Below, one piece after another: positions 36,786 through 47,000 of a stretch of DNA of 64,000 bases. How positions within the stretch are numbered: position 1 is the stretch's first letter; every line of letters starts with the position of its first letter. The position numbers and the translations under genes were made by a program. The stretch is from positions 1 through 64,000 of IMG/VR virus record IMGVR_UViG_3300022752_000052; one strand, given 5' to 3'. This DNA is from an uncultured virus (IMG/VR IMGVR_UViG_3300022752_000052) (taxonomy: Duplodnaviria; Heunggongvirae; Uroviricota; Caudoviricetes). The notes under the pieces were generated by a model that did no database searches, was not told the DNA's origin, and was given only the letters and a program-made list of their open reading frames with translations.

Positions 36786-37483
36786 TTTTTACTCTTTTTA
36801 TCGGCGGCATCCATTTGCCTCACCACTTTATTTGCCCACGATTTTCCTGCATTTCCTCCCCATAATAACCCTGCAATATAACCTCTGTCTTGGACAGGAG
36901 TTTTACCGGCGTCTACTTTTAAATTTTTATTGTGCCTGCTAAAGAAATTTCTCATTCTCCTGACTGTTTCAGGACTCATTTTACTTTTATTTTTTAGGTT
37001 TGAAGCTCTCTGTACCCCGGATCCAACCCCTGCTTTTTTAGCCTGTTTTGCATTAAGTCCGCCTTTTCCTCCAGATTTTTTTCTCATTTCTAATCCCCTC
37101 TCTGCTGCTTTTGCAACGCTGTCTGGAGGAGTGAAATTTATATGGTCATATTTACCCTCTAGTATTTTAATTATATGCTCTTTGATAAAAATAATAGATT
37201 CTTTATTCATCGCATCTTCTCCATCTGTACTCCCTATATCTGGTATTGATGCATCAGATTTATTTAGCATATCAAGAGAATAAGAAGTAGACCCTATCTT
37301 AATTTTAGTTATAGCTTTATAATCAAATGGAGTTGGTTTACCTGAGGGATTATAGCCAGTCCCTCTAATTTTACCTAAATCGTCTTTAGAAGATACAGAA
37401 AGTACATTGCCGTCAACAAAAACTTTCAAAGATAAGCCAGTGTCTAAATACTGTGATAGATATTCTTTATCAAAATATAGCAT
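36782..37483 (-). CDS. Hypothetical, possibly head-associated protein
   Basis: FTPP..VAKAA.RGLE...GVQRA...RMRNFFSRH...LLWGG.AG..WA domain seen in phage head-region genes. Confidence 0.55.
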   Translation of the reverse strand: MLYFDKEYLSQYLDTGLSLKVFVDGNVLSVSSKDDLGKIRGTGYNPSGKPTPFDYKAITKIKIGSTSYSLDMLNKSDASIPDIGSTDGEDAMNKESIIFIKEHIIKILEGKYDHINFTPPDSVAKAAERGLEMRKKSGGKGGLNAKQAKKAGVGSGVQRASNLKNKSKMSPETVRRMRNFFSRHNKNLKVDAGKTPVQDRGYIAGLLWGGNAGKSWANKVVRQMDAADKKSKK

Positions 37484-37534
37484 AATGTTTTTTATATAAA
37501 TAGTATAAAGAGAACTATAAAATATAAATAATGA

Positions 37535-38047
37535 TTAAGACTTCTTTTTTTTCTTTCGAGCGGCCTGTGCTTGTTTCCATAACTTATCATCTGCGCTTCT
37601 AGCCCCTCCAACTCCGGTTATAAAACTATTAACTCTGCCCATAGCCCATTGGTCTTGACTAACCCCTGGTCTGTGCCCGGAATTCCAGGCTGCTTTACCT
37701 TTGTTATATACCTGTCTTAAAATACCTAGAGGAATATCCGATTTCTCTGCTTTATTTTTCAAACCTTCTTCAGAAGAGTCCTCATCAAGAGAAATTGCGT
37801 CCATGTATTCAACAATTTTGTTTTTAATAATTTCTCCAAATCTCTTTTTAAAAGCACTAGTTGCGGCTCCTTGTTTCGTTTTTATCCTTTTACCGTCATC
37901 ATTATAATCAGCATCCCAATCTTTTTTGTACGTGTCTTTTCCTTTGTACTTTTCAATTTCTTTTTTCATAGCTTCTTTAGACCCCATTTTACCTTTATCT
38001 TTTAGTCCTTTAAGATATTTTTTAGGTATTTTATTTTGATCTTCCAT
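37535..38047 (-). CDS. DUF5824-like protein
   Basis: LKNKAEKSDIPLGILRQVYNKGKAAW.SGHRPG....WAMGRVNSF. Confidence 0.6.
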   Translation of the reverse strand: MEDQNKIPKKYLKGLKDKGKMGSKEAMKKEIEKYKGKDTYKKDWDADYNDDGKRIKTKQGAATSAFKKRFGEIIKNKIVEYMDAISLDEDSSEEGLKNKAEKSDIPLGILRQVYNKGKAAWNSGHRPGVSQDQWAMGRVNSFITGVGGARSADDKLWKQAQAARKKKKKS

Positions 38048-38055
38048 AATAATTT

Positions 38056-39426
38056 TTATAAGATATTATTTAATTTTTCCATTTCTAAAAAGCTTAAAAC
38101 AGGTCTATATCTATCAAAATATTCCGGGTAAATTTCTTTATATATCCTTAATTGATAGATATTATTTACTGTTATTAAATTATTTTCATAAGTTTTTGAA
38201 ATAGATTTGTCATTTTTAATATGTATTGTGCCAATGTTACTTTCATACATTCCGGGACTATAATTTTCAATAATAAATGGGAATTTTTGCAGAAAGTCAA
38301 ATACCTCATTAACTTTAATCTTATCCCATTCCATGCTAATAACTATGCTATCATCTATCACTATCTGATTTACAGGAGTGTATTTATAGTTGTATCCATA
38401 AAGTCTGTCAGCTAAGTAGTATAATGTATTTGCCTGTTCTTTATCTATGTAAAACTTAATTAAATCTCTATATTTTTTATCTCCTACGATATGCAAAGAA
38501 TCGGAAAAAATTTCTAAGAATCCAATAAAATCTATAAACTCCTCATCGCTTGGTTGATTCATTTCAGAAGACATGTCGACAATGATTCCAATATTATATT
38601 TTTTATTTGGAGAAATTGCATGATATTCATTTTGAAGTGGCATCCCTCCCCATTTTCTAATGAAATTTCTTGTAGATATAATGTTTTGCTTCTCCCACTC
38701 ATCAGAATTTTTACCAACTTGTGTAATAGTTGGGTTGAATCTGGATCCTCTGCATGTCATGTGATATACAAATCCTTCCCATGTTTGTATAAATGTTGCT
38801 CCATTTAGCATTAATCTATTCCAAATGTCAGAATCTTCTTTTGATTGGACATAAAATAAAGAATCATGACCTCCAATTTTCAAAAATTCCTCTTTGTAAA
38901 AAGCCCATGGAGCAAATACGCCGTTTGTTGTTTTATCTTTTTTCGAAGATTTTGTTTTCATGTTGTGAACTAATTCTATGAACTTACTCTCCATGAATGT
39001 TTCCGGCTCCGTTCCTAAATCTGATATTATTTTTTCATGTCCCGGAGGATGTAGAGGAGGTTCCACTCTAGTAAGTGAGACAATGGTTTTTTTATCTACC
39101 ATGTTTTTTTCAATAGCGTCTAATGCTCCAGGAGCTAAATACATGTCGCAATGCCATATAATGCATATGTCATAAGAAGATCTTCTAACTAAAGCATCGT
39201 ATAATATAGTGTGTCCCAATCTCGTATTTCCTTCATTTCGCATGACTTTTAGCATAGGATTTATTAAAGATTCACTATAAACCCAATCCCATGTACCATC
39301 AGTAGAAGCGTCATCGGCAAAGCAAATTTCAACTTCATGATTTCCCTTATTTTTCATAATAGAATCATAAGACCATTTAAAGTATTTTAAGTTGTTTCTT
39401 CCGGGTACAATAAAACTAATTTTCAT
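38056..39426 (-). CDS. Glycosyltransferase family 2
   Basis: ISFIVP, DDASTDGT, HCDM, GGHD, EDSD. Confidence 0.88.
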   Translation of the reverse strand: MKISFIVPGRNNLKYFKWSYDSIMKNKGNHEVEICFADDASTDGTWDWVYSESLINPMLKVMRNEGNTRLGHTILYDALVRRSSYDICIIWHCDMYLAPGALDAIEKNMVDKKTIVSLTRVEPPLHPPGHEKIISDLGTEPETFMESKFIELVHNMKTKSSKKDKTTNGVFAPWAFYKEEFLKIGGHDSLFYVQSKEDSDIWNRLMLNGATFIQTWEGFVYHMTCRGSRFNPTITQVGKNSDEWEKQNIISTRNFIRKWGGMPLQNEYHAISPNKKYNIGIIVDMSSEMNQPSDEEFIDFIGFLEIFSDSLHIVGDKKYRDLIKFYIDKEQANTLYYLADRLYGYNYKYTPVNQIVIDDSIVISMEWDKIKVNEVFDFLQKFPFIIENYSPGMYESNIGTIHIKNDKSISKTYENNLITVNNIYQLRIYKEIYPEYFDRYRPVLSFLEMEKLNNIL

Positions 39427-40432
39427 TTACTAAATTATTAAGTTTGTTTATGAAACGGTTTTTGAATGCTGATTCAGAATAGTGAGAGTCATATAAATGT
39501 TTTGTTTCCTCTGAACACATTTCATAAAAACCTGGATTCGCTAGCTTTTTTATAATATCTACTGCTTGTGATGTGTTTCCTAGTCTAACTGTAGTATACG
39601 GATGTAGATTATCCTGAGTGTCAAGTCCCTCATAACCAACACAAGGAATACCTAAAAAAGAACAATTTAAAGCAAAAGTACCTGCTGCATGCGTTCGCAT
39701 TAAATGTACGCCTATTTTAGCTTTAGATGCTAATTGATTAATCCACTCCATCCAAGAGCAATAAGGCAAATGTGTAATGTCGGGAATGTAGTCCTCATCT
39801 TCTTTTTTTCGACCCATAGAAGGAGCAAAGATAGGTATTAAAGTATTTCCCGTAGACCATTCTTTTCTTGATGACGCAGAAACTATAAACGAATCCATAC
39901 CTCCATACCAAGAACAAAAATTACCTCCTATGACAATACCTTCAGCATCTCTTCTTTTTGGAACTACGTTTTTTATGGTATCTTCAATCATAAGAGAAGG
40001 CATTACTAAACACTCTAGATTAGTTATTCCCTTATAGTATTTTTTATCTGCTGAATTATGACAAAGAATAAAGTCGCACTCTCTTAATGCGTTATAAAAA
40101 TTAAACTGACCTTTTATATCATAATCTTGCCAATACCAGTTTGGACCTTCCTGCATCATAGTAACTTTATCAGCAAAATATTCTCTAATAAAATTAATTT
40201 CTAAATATGGTTTATTTTTACCGGGTATTATAATAGCTAGGTCAAACTTTTTAAAAGACGTAAACGATTCAATATACTTTTTTATTAAGTGAGAATCAGC
40301 GGGTACACTAACTGCATCTAAAGCAATCGACCAAGCTACATCTGTTCTAGCATTCTCAAAATTTCTAGGATATTTAGTAAAATTTCCTATTTCGGATATT
40401 ATTGCTATGTTCATATTTATAAAACTTTGCAA
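39416..40432 (-). CDS. GT-B fold glycosyltransferase (putative)
   Basis: AAGTFALNC..LGIPCVG region; cluster context; start may be MNIAII. Confidence 0.65.
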   Translation of the reverse strand: MQSFINMNIAIISEIGNFTKYPRNFENARTDVAWSIALDAVSVPADSHLIKKYIESFTSFKKFDLAIIIPGKNKPYLEINFIREYFADKVTMMQEGPNWYWQDYDIKGQFNFYNALRECDFILCHNSADKKYYKGITNLECLVMPSLMIEDTIKNVVPKRRDAEGIVIGGNFCSWYGGMDSFIVSASSRKEWSTGNTLIPIFAPSMGRKKEDEDYIPDITHLPYCSWMEWINQLASKAKIGVHLMRTHAAGTFALNCSFLGIPCVGYEGLDTQDNLHPYTTVRLGNTSQAVDIIKKLANPGFYEMCSEETKHLYDSHYSESAFKNRFINKLNNLVNEN

Positions 40433-41004
40433 ATTATCCCTTCGCTGTCAACTAATACAACAGAATTAAAAACATTAAATCCGGATTCGTGGCCTATTCT
40501 ATGAGTATCCTCAAGTCTACCGGAAGTTATAGCCTCATCTATAGCTTTTTTAACTCCTCTTGCTGTTGGATGTCCATAATCATCAAAGACAATATATAAG
40601 TCTTTATCCTCTTTTTTCATTCGTAAGCATCTCTCAATATCTTCTTTAACATTTGAGTAATCATGAACACAATCAATAAAACATAAATCAATGCTATCAT
40701 TTATGTTTATGTATGTTTTATTTGAGTAAGCATCTCCAATAATACAAGTTATATTCTTTCTGCCCTTCGTATTTTCTATTACCTTTTTAATATTATCTTC
40801 TAGGTGATCAATAGTATATACTTTTTCAGATATGTAAGACAATACTCTAGTTGTATACCCCCAGTTAGATCCTATTTCTAAACAAACTTTTATATTTTTG
40901 TCAGAAAAAAAATCGAGTAAATCTTTCTTAAATTTGTGAGATGTAGTGTTTTTATTCTCCTTTTTATCGGGAATGTCTTTTAAAATTTCTTCGTAGTTAT
41001 ACAT
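40417..41004 (-). CDS. Class I SAM methyltransferase (Methyltransf_24-like)
   Basis: LEIGSNWGYT, FIDCVHDY, VFDDY. Confidence 0.85.
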   Translation of the reverse strand: MYNYEEILKDIPDKKENKNTTSHKFKKDLLDFFSDKNIKVCLEIGSNWGYTTRVLSYISEKVYTIDHLEDNIKKVIENTKGRKNITCIIGDAYSNKTYININDSIDLCFIDCVHDYSNVKEDIERCLRMKKEDKDLYIVFDDYGHPTARGVKKAIDEAITSGRLEDTHRIGHESGFNVFNSVVLVDSEGIICKVL

Positions 41005-41926
41005 AAAGTAATCTAGTTAATTTTTCGTAAAATATTTTATTCTGATTAACAATGAAATCCCTAAAAAGGTTACATTTATAATGATATTTATCAGGATTTC
41101 TAATTATTTCCGATACTAATTTGTGTAGTTCGGAAGGGGATTTTATAAAGTTCATGTAATTTTCAGCACCAAACCAATCGATATCATAAGGATAGGTAAC
41201 TATAGGACATTTAGAAAAAGCTATTTCAGAGTATCTATTATTAATCATACCTAATTCTCTTTGGCCTTTACCTATTATGGCTATAGCACTCTTAGCTGAT
41301 TTGTATAAGGAACCAATATCATCAGGAGGTAAAATACCAACTAAATTTTCATGATTACCCCAACCTTGACCATATATAGATAATGAATCATTACCTCCGG
41401 AAAAAAATATTTCTCTTTCTAGCTTGTAAGATTCATCTGTAAGTCTATTAAATCCCATTCCCAAAAATACACATCTCTTATCATACATGGGATTGTATAT
41501 TAATTCAGAATCATTTATAGCTAAAAAATAATAATTAAATGTTTCAGCGCATATGTTAGTATAAACATCATCATATAATTTTTTAGAATTAGTTATCAAT
41601 TTATCGTAATATGTTCCCCATCCTTTCAAAATTCCATCGTATCCTAAAACTCCATTAGATGTAGCGCATAATATTCTATTCCTACATTTTACATTTTTTA
41701 TGATATTAAATGTAGCAGCATCTAACATTTCATAATAAATAACATCAGGATTTAATTCATCTATACTATTTTTAAATTCTTCTGACATCTCTTCATTTAT
41801 TTCTGACATGTTAAGTTGATGTACTGTAGTTACTTCATGTCCTCTTAAATGCAATTCTGATCCTAATGCTTGGGATAATTTATAATTACCCATAGGGAAA
41901 GGTTGATGTATGATTAATATTCTCAT
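40997..41926 (-). CDS. CgeB-like GT-B glycosyltransferase
   Basis: IYGQGW, LYKSAK, INNRYSEIA. Confidence 0.75.
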   Translation of the reverse strand: MRILIIHQPFPMGNYKLSQALGSELHLRGHEVTTVHQLNMSEINEEMSEEFKNSIDELNPDVIYYEMLDAATFNIIKNVKCRNRILCATSNGVLGYDGILKGWGTYYDKLITNSKKLYDDVYTNICAETFNYYFLAINDSELIYNPMYDKRCVFLGMGFNRLTDESYKLEREIFFSGGNDSLSIYGQGWGNHENLVGILPPDDIGSLYKSAKSAIAIIGKGQRELGMINNRYSEIAFSKCPIVTYPYDIDWFGAENYMNFIKSPSELHKLVSEIIRNPDKYHYKCNLFRDFIVNQNKIFYEKLTRLLYV

Positions 41927-42576
41927 TCTTGAAATATAATTAATAATTCCATGTTATAAGGTTGAGATGCATATACGGAATATCCATAGGAGTTAGATAA
42001 TTCTTTTATTAAGTTAATTGTTATTTTTGTATAATCGCATTTGCCATTTTGATTTGTACCGAATAAGTGAGCGTCATCAATACCTATTAAATCATTTTCC
42101 TGGGCAGTTTCAAAGATTAGTTCAAGTTCTCTAAGTAGGGGTACATCTTGTTCTCCTCTAGCGTATTTTTCGGCACCTGCGTGAGCATCTAACCAAAAAC
42201 ATATGGGATTCGTCCTGTCTTTTAAAAACTCTGATAGGAAAGCAGTGCTGTCGTTTTTATATAACGTTAATTTTCCATCAAAGTAAGTTTCCTTTTCAAT
42301 AAAATCTGAATCTTCCGTATCGTCCGAAAGAATCTCATCATAAAATTTCCCCCTTTTTTCTATTTGCTTGAATCTATTAGAGGCAATTTTTGCAATAGAA
42401 TCTCCTAACTCAACTGTGTGCCACTGAGAGAAGTCGTCTAAATTTCCAACATGCCGTAAGGTTGTAAGCGCCGTACCTCCTTTAAAAGTTCCTGTCTCTA
42501 CAAAAATTTCCGGACAAGGTCTTTTTAATTTTTCGCTTGCTATTGCATGATAAAACGATGGTAAAATGTAACCCAT
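41923..42576 (-). CDS. SAM methyltransferase-like protein
   Basis: FVETGTFKG, FWLDAH, PLLREL, IDDA. Confidence 0.75.
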   Translation of the reverse strand: MGYILPSFYHAIASEKLKRPCPEIFVETGTFKGGTALTTLRHVGNLDDFSQWHTVELGDSIAKIASNRFKQIEKRGKFYDEILSDDTEDSDFIEKETYFDGKLTLYKNDSTAFLSEFLKDRTNPICFWLDAHAGAEKYARGEQDVPLLRELELIFETAQENDLIGIDDAHLFGTNQNGKCDYTKITINLIKELSNSYGYSVYASQPYNMELLIIFQE

Positions 42577-42588
42577 GATATAAATTAT

Positions 42589-42843
42589 TTAATTAGTTTC
42601 GGTATCTGTTTGTTCATCAAAGTATAATCCGTATATATTTATCAGTAAATCAGCTATTTTGTTGTCTATTCCGTCAAGCCAATTAAATTTTCTCTCGTAG
42701 TAAATTTTTCTAACTTCATCTATGTAAGAATCTTCATAATTTGAAAGCATAAAAGCTACATCTAATTCTGAGTCTTCTTCATCATCTGAAAATTTAATTA
42801 AATCTCTGAGGGTTTTTTGAATTAATTTTAAGTTGCTTTCCAT
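42589..42843 (-). CDS. Acidic hypothetical protein
   Basis: 84 aa. Confidence 0.7.
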   Translation of the reverse strand: MESNLKLIQKTLRDLIKFSDDEEDSELDVAFMLSNYEDSYIDEVRKIYYERKFNWLDGIDNKIADLLINIYGLYFDEQTDTETN

Positions 42844-42845
42844 TG

Positions 42846-43763
42846 CTATTTAAATGTTAAGTTAAACAAATCTCTGTCAATTTTATTTTCGACATAATCT
42901 CCTAGTGTTTTCATACTATAAGAGTTATCTGATAAATCAAAATATCCATCCCAATCATCACCCTTCTCTCTCCAAAAATTCCTGCCTGTTTCCGTTTTTA
43001 GGAAATCTTCTATTTTATTTACTCTATTATTAGGATATTGATTATTAAATTCATCTATTAAGTTTCTAAAATTGCTTTGAGCTGATTCATCCGGAACAAA
43101 ACCATATCTTAAATATACATAATAACCTGTAGAATTACTTCTTCTCAGGAACTCTCCTTCTATTTTTCTTATTTTATTCTGGTTTTTTAAATTAGCTATT
43201 TGTCTAACAAGTAAATTTAAACCGCCGCCAGAAATATTCTCTCCCTCGGATTTTATGGTTTGTATGGACTTATTTATCAAATTTTTAGTGTTGAAATTAT
43301 ACTCCGTTTCAACATAATATCTCTTAGATTCAAATAAAAAGTAAGTAGCTCCGGAACTTTTTTTGGATATAACTACTCTTTGAACATCCGATAAATCTGT
43401 ATTCGGAGATATTCCGCTCATATATGCCAAAAGTCTATATTCTCTTTCTACTTTTTTGTCCATAAATTTGGGATTGTCCAATTTTTTCTGCTTCTTCCAA
43501 GATATCCTTGCCTCATCATCTGATCCTCCAAAAAACATATTTTCGTCACTTTCTTTAACCGCCCTATAATTTAAAACTTTTATAGGATACTTGAATTCTT
43601 TTTTATCTACTTTAAAATCTTTTATAGAAGAAGGTTTATTATTATTTTTTACTTCTTTAGCGAGATTCTTACTTATTTTTTTCAGATTTCTTCCACTAAC
43701 TTGTATTTTTTTAAGACTTTTTTCTAAATCTTTCACTATGTTTTTTAAATCTTTAGAATCCAT
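42846..43763 (-). CDS. Hypothetical protein (possible GNAT-like C-terminal fold)
   Basis: GGG..LL..QI...GYYVYLRYGF. Confidence 0.55.
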   Translation of the reverse strand: MDSKDLKNIVKDLEKSLKKIQVSGRNLKKISKNLAKEVKNNNKPSSIKDFKVDKKEFKYPIKVLNYRAVKESDENMFFGGSDDEARISWKKQKKLDNPKFMDKKVEREYRLLAYMSGISPNTDLSDVQRVVISKKSSGATYFLFESKRYYVETEYNFNTKNLINKSIQTIKSEGENISGGGLNLLVRQIANLKNQNKIRKIEGEFLRRSNSTGYYVYLRYGFVPDESAQSNFRNLIDEFNNQYPNNRVNKIEDFLKTETGRNFWREKGDDWDGYFDLSDNSYSMKTLGDYVENKIDRDLFNLTFK

Positions 43764-43764
43764 G

Positions 43765-44799
43765 CTATATATTTAATTCTTTTATATAATCTTTATAAGT
43801 AAGTAACCTTTCTTGTCTATTATTTCCGTATAGAAGTTCTAAGTTTTTCTTGTTTATGTCTCTTACTATATTGTACCAATCTCCTTTTTTTTCTTGAGTG
43901 CTTTTTTGACCATCTGATTTTGACACAGCATACTTCCTCTTTTCTGGATGTTCTCTATTATGTACTTTCAAAATATTTTTTACTACATATTGAACGTAAT
44001 AATTTTGCATAACTTTCATGCATTCTTGCATAAAAGCTGTATCTTCTCCGCTCAGGCCCCAAAAACCTAAAGGTATGTTAGCGCCAGCTTTTATTAATTC
44101 AGAACTTATACATAATAAACTACCATCAAATTTAGGACTATACAAGACATTAACATCAATATCAGATTCATATTTTTTATTAATCTTATCCATTTCATCT
44201 TTAGTCATGACATATCTTATAGAGTGTTTTTCTGTAAAGCACCTAGGATCTGATTTTTCGTAGTATGTAGAATTCAAAAATTCTGGATGTTCTAATACCT
44301 CCCAGGAAGAATCCCACATTTTTCTATCCGCAAAAGTAATAATATATCTGTAAAATTTAGCATTATCAGATGACTTTTTTATTTTATCTAATGTAGAAAA
44401 AGTATTATGAGGAACTAAGCAATCTGTTTCTCCCCAAATAACAATATCTACTTTATTAGCATAATTGTAATTCAAGTCTCTTCTGTAATTTACCATTGTA
44501 TATAAATCTGAAGAATTTGGTAAATGCCCTTGTATTATTTTACAATTAGTCTCTTGCTTTAATTTATGAATAATATTCATAAATTTCCATTGAATATTTT
44601 TAGCTGTTTCCGGACTTTCGCAAGATTCGAACAAATAACATGTATTTAAAAATAAATCAATGGTTATATTTTCTTGATTTTCAATTTCTTTTACTGAATC
44701 AATAATACTATCAACTAAGTAAGGAAGCATGTCTATTTCATAAAACATAACATTTGTTCCTATAACATAGGTATAATCTAGTTTAACCATATCTTTCAT
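43765..44799 (-). CDS. GT-A fold glycosyltransferase (putative)
   Basis: WGETDC, GEDTAF; cluster context. Confidence 0.65.
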   Translation of the reverse strand: MKDMVKLDYTYVIGTNVMFYEIDMLPYLVDSIIDSVKEIENQENITIDLFLNTCYLFESCESPETAKNIQWKFMNIIHKLKQETNCKIIQGHLPNSSDLYTMVNYRRDLNYNYANKVDIVIWGETDCLVPHNTFSTLDKIKKSSDNAKFYRYIITFADRKMWDSSWEVLEHPEFLNSTYYEKSDPRCFTEKHSIRYVMTKDEMDKINKKYESDIDVNVLYSPKFDGSLLCISSELIKAGANIPLGFWGLSGEDTAFMQECMKVMQNYYVQYVVKNILKVHNREHPEKRKYAVSKSDGQKSTQEKKGDWYNIVRDINKKNLELLYGNNRQERLLTYKDYIKELNI

Positions 44800-45523
44800 T
44801 TAAAAAATTATGTGTTTCAAGCATCCAAGCACCTGGAGTTGGTTTAACTCCTCCATTAAAATGATATATCCACCCAAATCTAGTATGTAGCATATTAGAG
44901 GTTAGTACCTCAAATCTATTCATATCTTGCATATTATACTCATAAGGTAAATATACTTTTTCTATATTATGAATTTCAGATAAATAATTAAGTATAGGTT
45001 GATCTTTACCTACACCTGTACTTTGAAAATCTAAAATTTTTTTATTTTCCGTATTGTAAAAATCCTTTACTGAGTCAAAAAAAGATTTATGAGATTTGTT
45101 AAATATCATAACTCCTGAGTTAAAGTATTTGAATGGGCTTAATACTTCGCTATTTGGAAAAACCAATTGCTGGCAATTCTCAACGCTTCGGCAAACCCAA
45201 TCCATACATCCGTAATTTCTTACTACGCCAAATTTATCTCCGACTAAATCAAATACATAAGGCATTTTAGGATGAACTATTGTGTCAGAATCTACATACA
45301 AAACTCTATTATACTCAATATCGTTTGCAGAGAGTAAATCTAAAATAAAAATTTTATTCCACTGAAAACCTAAATCAGACACTATTTCGGAATCTATGGA
45401 AAATAAGTCGACATTGTTTAAGTCACACCATTTTTTCCAAGATTTAGAGCTAATTGAATATCCTTGATTAGCGGATCTTTCGGATTTGTTAATAGCTATT
45501 TGAACAACTATGTCTTTACTCAT
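44783..45523 (-). CDS. GT8/GT34-like nucleotide-diphospho-sugar transferase
   Basis: WNKI, YVDSD, YFNSGV, DQPILN, IYHF. Confidence 0.8.
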   Translation of the reverse strand: MSKDIVVQIAINKSERSANQGYSISSKSWKKWCDLNNVDLFSIDSEIVSDLGFQWNKIFILDLLSANDIEYNRVLYVDSDTIVHPKMPYVFDLVGDKFGVVRNYGCMDWVCRSVENCQQLVFPNSEVLSPFKYFNSGVMIFNKSHKSFFDSVKDFYNTENKKILDFQSTGVGKDQPILNYLSEIHNIEKVYLPYEYNMQDMNRFEVLTSNMLHTRFGWIYHFNGGVKPTPGAWMLETHNFLNERYG

Positions 45524-46322
45524 AATTATGTTTTATTAAATCCCATGTTTTTGACATCAACTCATATCGGTCTCCTCTAGTAGGAAATCCGCTAAATAAC
45601 CAAAACCATCCATATTTTATAAAAAATGGTGTAGTATTTTGTGTATTCCAATTATGACTAAGCCAATTAAATCTATTGAGATGAGTTAGCATAAACTTAG
45701 GATTAAGAGTATCTACGCTAAAAGGAATTTTGTTATCCTGAACAAAGTAATTAAATACAGGCTGATCTGTACCCCTTTTTATTTTTTCATTTTCGAGGTA
45801 CATTATCTTTTCTCTATTTGTCAAGAAGAAAATTTCTAAATCGGATAGAAAACTGTAATTGTCTTTATTAAGAAGAACATTTCCTGTACATAAATATTTT
45901 GTCAAATCAAAATCAACAGAAAACAAATCTTTATATCCATCTATCCCCTCTGTTATCCAAAATAAATTTTCTAAAGATCTATGAGCGTAAACTATTTTGG
46001 AATCTAATTTTTTACCCTCCCAGGGAGCGGAAGCATCCCATTTAATCATGCTAGATCCGTCTATTGCCCAAATCCAATTAGGGTCAATACCTTTCTCTGT
46101 TATTACTTTTTTCATATCAAACCATCTCTGCCAAGTAACTTTAGTCCCTTCGTGAAATGGTTTATAATTATCTAATTCGTAAGGAACAAAAGCAACATTA
46201 TTTTTATTACACCACCATTCCCATGTTTTTCTTGACACGTCTAAATACTTAAACCCCCCATGTTTATCGTTCATGTGAGGATTTGGATTTTTTACCCCAA
46301 TCCAATACACAACATTTTGCAT
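45516..46322 (-). CDS. GT-A glycosyltransferase, paralog of 44783-45523
   Basis: W..WC..NNV, TGNVL, TDQPVFNY, YGW. Confidence 0.7.
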   Translation of the reverse strand: MQNVVYWIGVKNPNPHMNDKHGGFKYLDVSRKTWEWWCNKNNVAFVPYELDNYKPFHEGTKVTWQRWFDMKKVITEKGIDPNWIWAIDGSSMIKWDASAPWEGKKLDSKIVYAHRSLENLFWITEGIDGYKDLFSVDFDLTKYLCTGNVLLNKDNYSFLSDLEIFFLTNREKIMYLENEKIKRGTDQPVFNYFVQDNKIPFSVDTLNPKFMLTHLNRFNWLSHNWNTQNTTPFFIKYGWFWLFSGFPTRGDRYELMSKTWDLIKHNYE

Positions 46323-46325
46323 ATA

Positions 46326-46823
46326 TTATAGTTTGTTTTTATTTCTCATTAAATACCCTAGATACTTAGACTTAGATTTTTTCTCTAGTATATAATTTCT
46401 GTGTATTTGATTTCTAGAATTATCGCACCATTCTAAATTAGAAACTGTATTATTTGTTTTGTCTCCGTCTATATGATTTACTTGTGGGTAATTATTAGGA
46501 TTTGGAATAAAAGCCATGGCTACAGCCCTATGCATTGCTACATTAAATCTTGAAATAGGTCCATCCTCTTTTGTCTCATAAGAGAATCTTATCATTAAGT
46601 AGCCGGCTGTTGTAAATGATTGGGCTAGAATTATTTCATCTAATGTATAAGACAGTTCGGAAAGAGGCTTTCCATTCTCGTTTTTTCTTTTTTGTACACA
46701 TAACCTACTCATTCTTTTTACTCTTCCTAAGTTAGAAACTTGATACCATTTTTCGTAGTTAGGAAATGGTTTCCAAACCTCTCCGGGTAAATTTTCAAGA
46801 CTTCTATTCTCTCTAATACTCAT
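46326..46823 (-). CDS. NUMOD4-HNH homing endonuclease
   Basis: EVWKP..NYE..YQVSNLGRVK; HRAVA.AF; VNHIDGDKTNN.VSNLEW. Confidence 0.9.
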   Translation of the reverse strand: MSIRENRSLENLPGEVWKPFPNYEKWYQVSNLGRVKRMSRLCVQKRKNENGKPLSELSYTLDEIILAQSFTTAGYLMIRFSYETKEDGPISRFNVAMHRAVAMAFIPNPNNYPQVNHIDGDKTNNTVSNLEWCDNSRNQIHRNYILEKKSKSKYLGYLMRNKNKL

Positions 46824-47000
46824 TTAATTTCTAACTTATTTTCTAGTTTGTGTTCTAAAAGGTCTGTATAAATAAAAATTAAAAAAATCGGGGTGAATTA
46901 AGCACCATCTAGGATTTATCCTTATTTTATCTTAAACTACCGATTCTAATTAGTAACTAATATACTATATAATAGTTATATGACAAAATGAAAAACAACA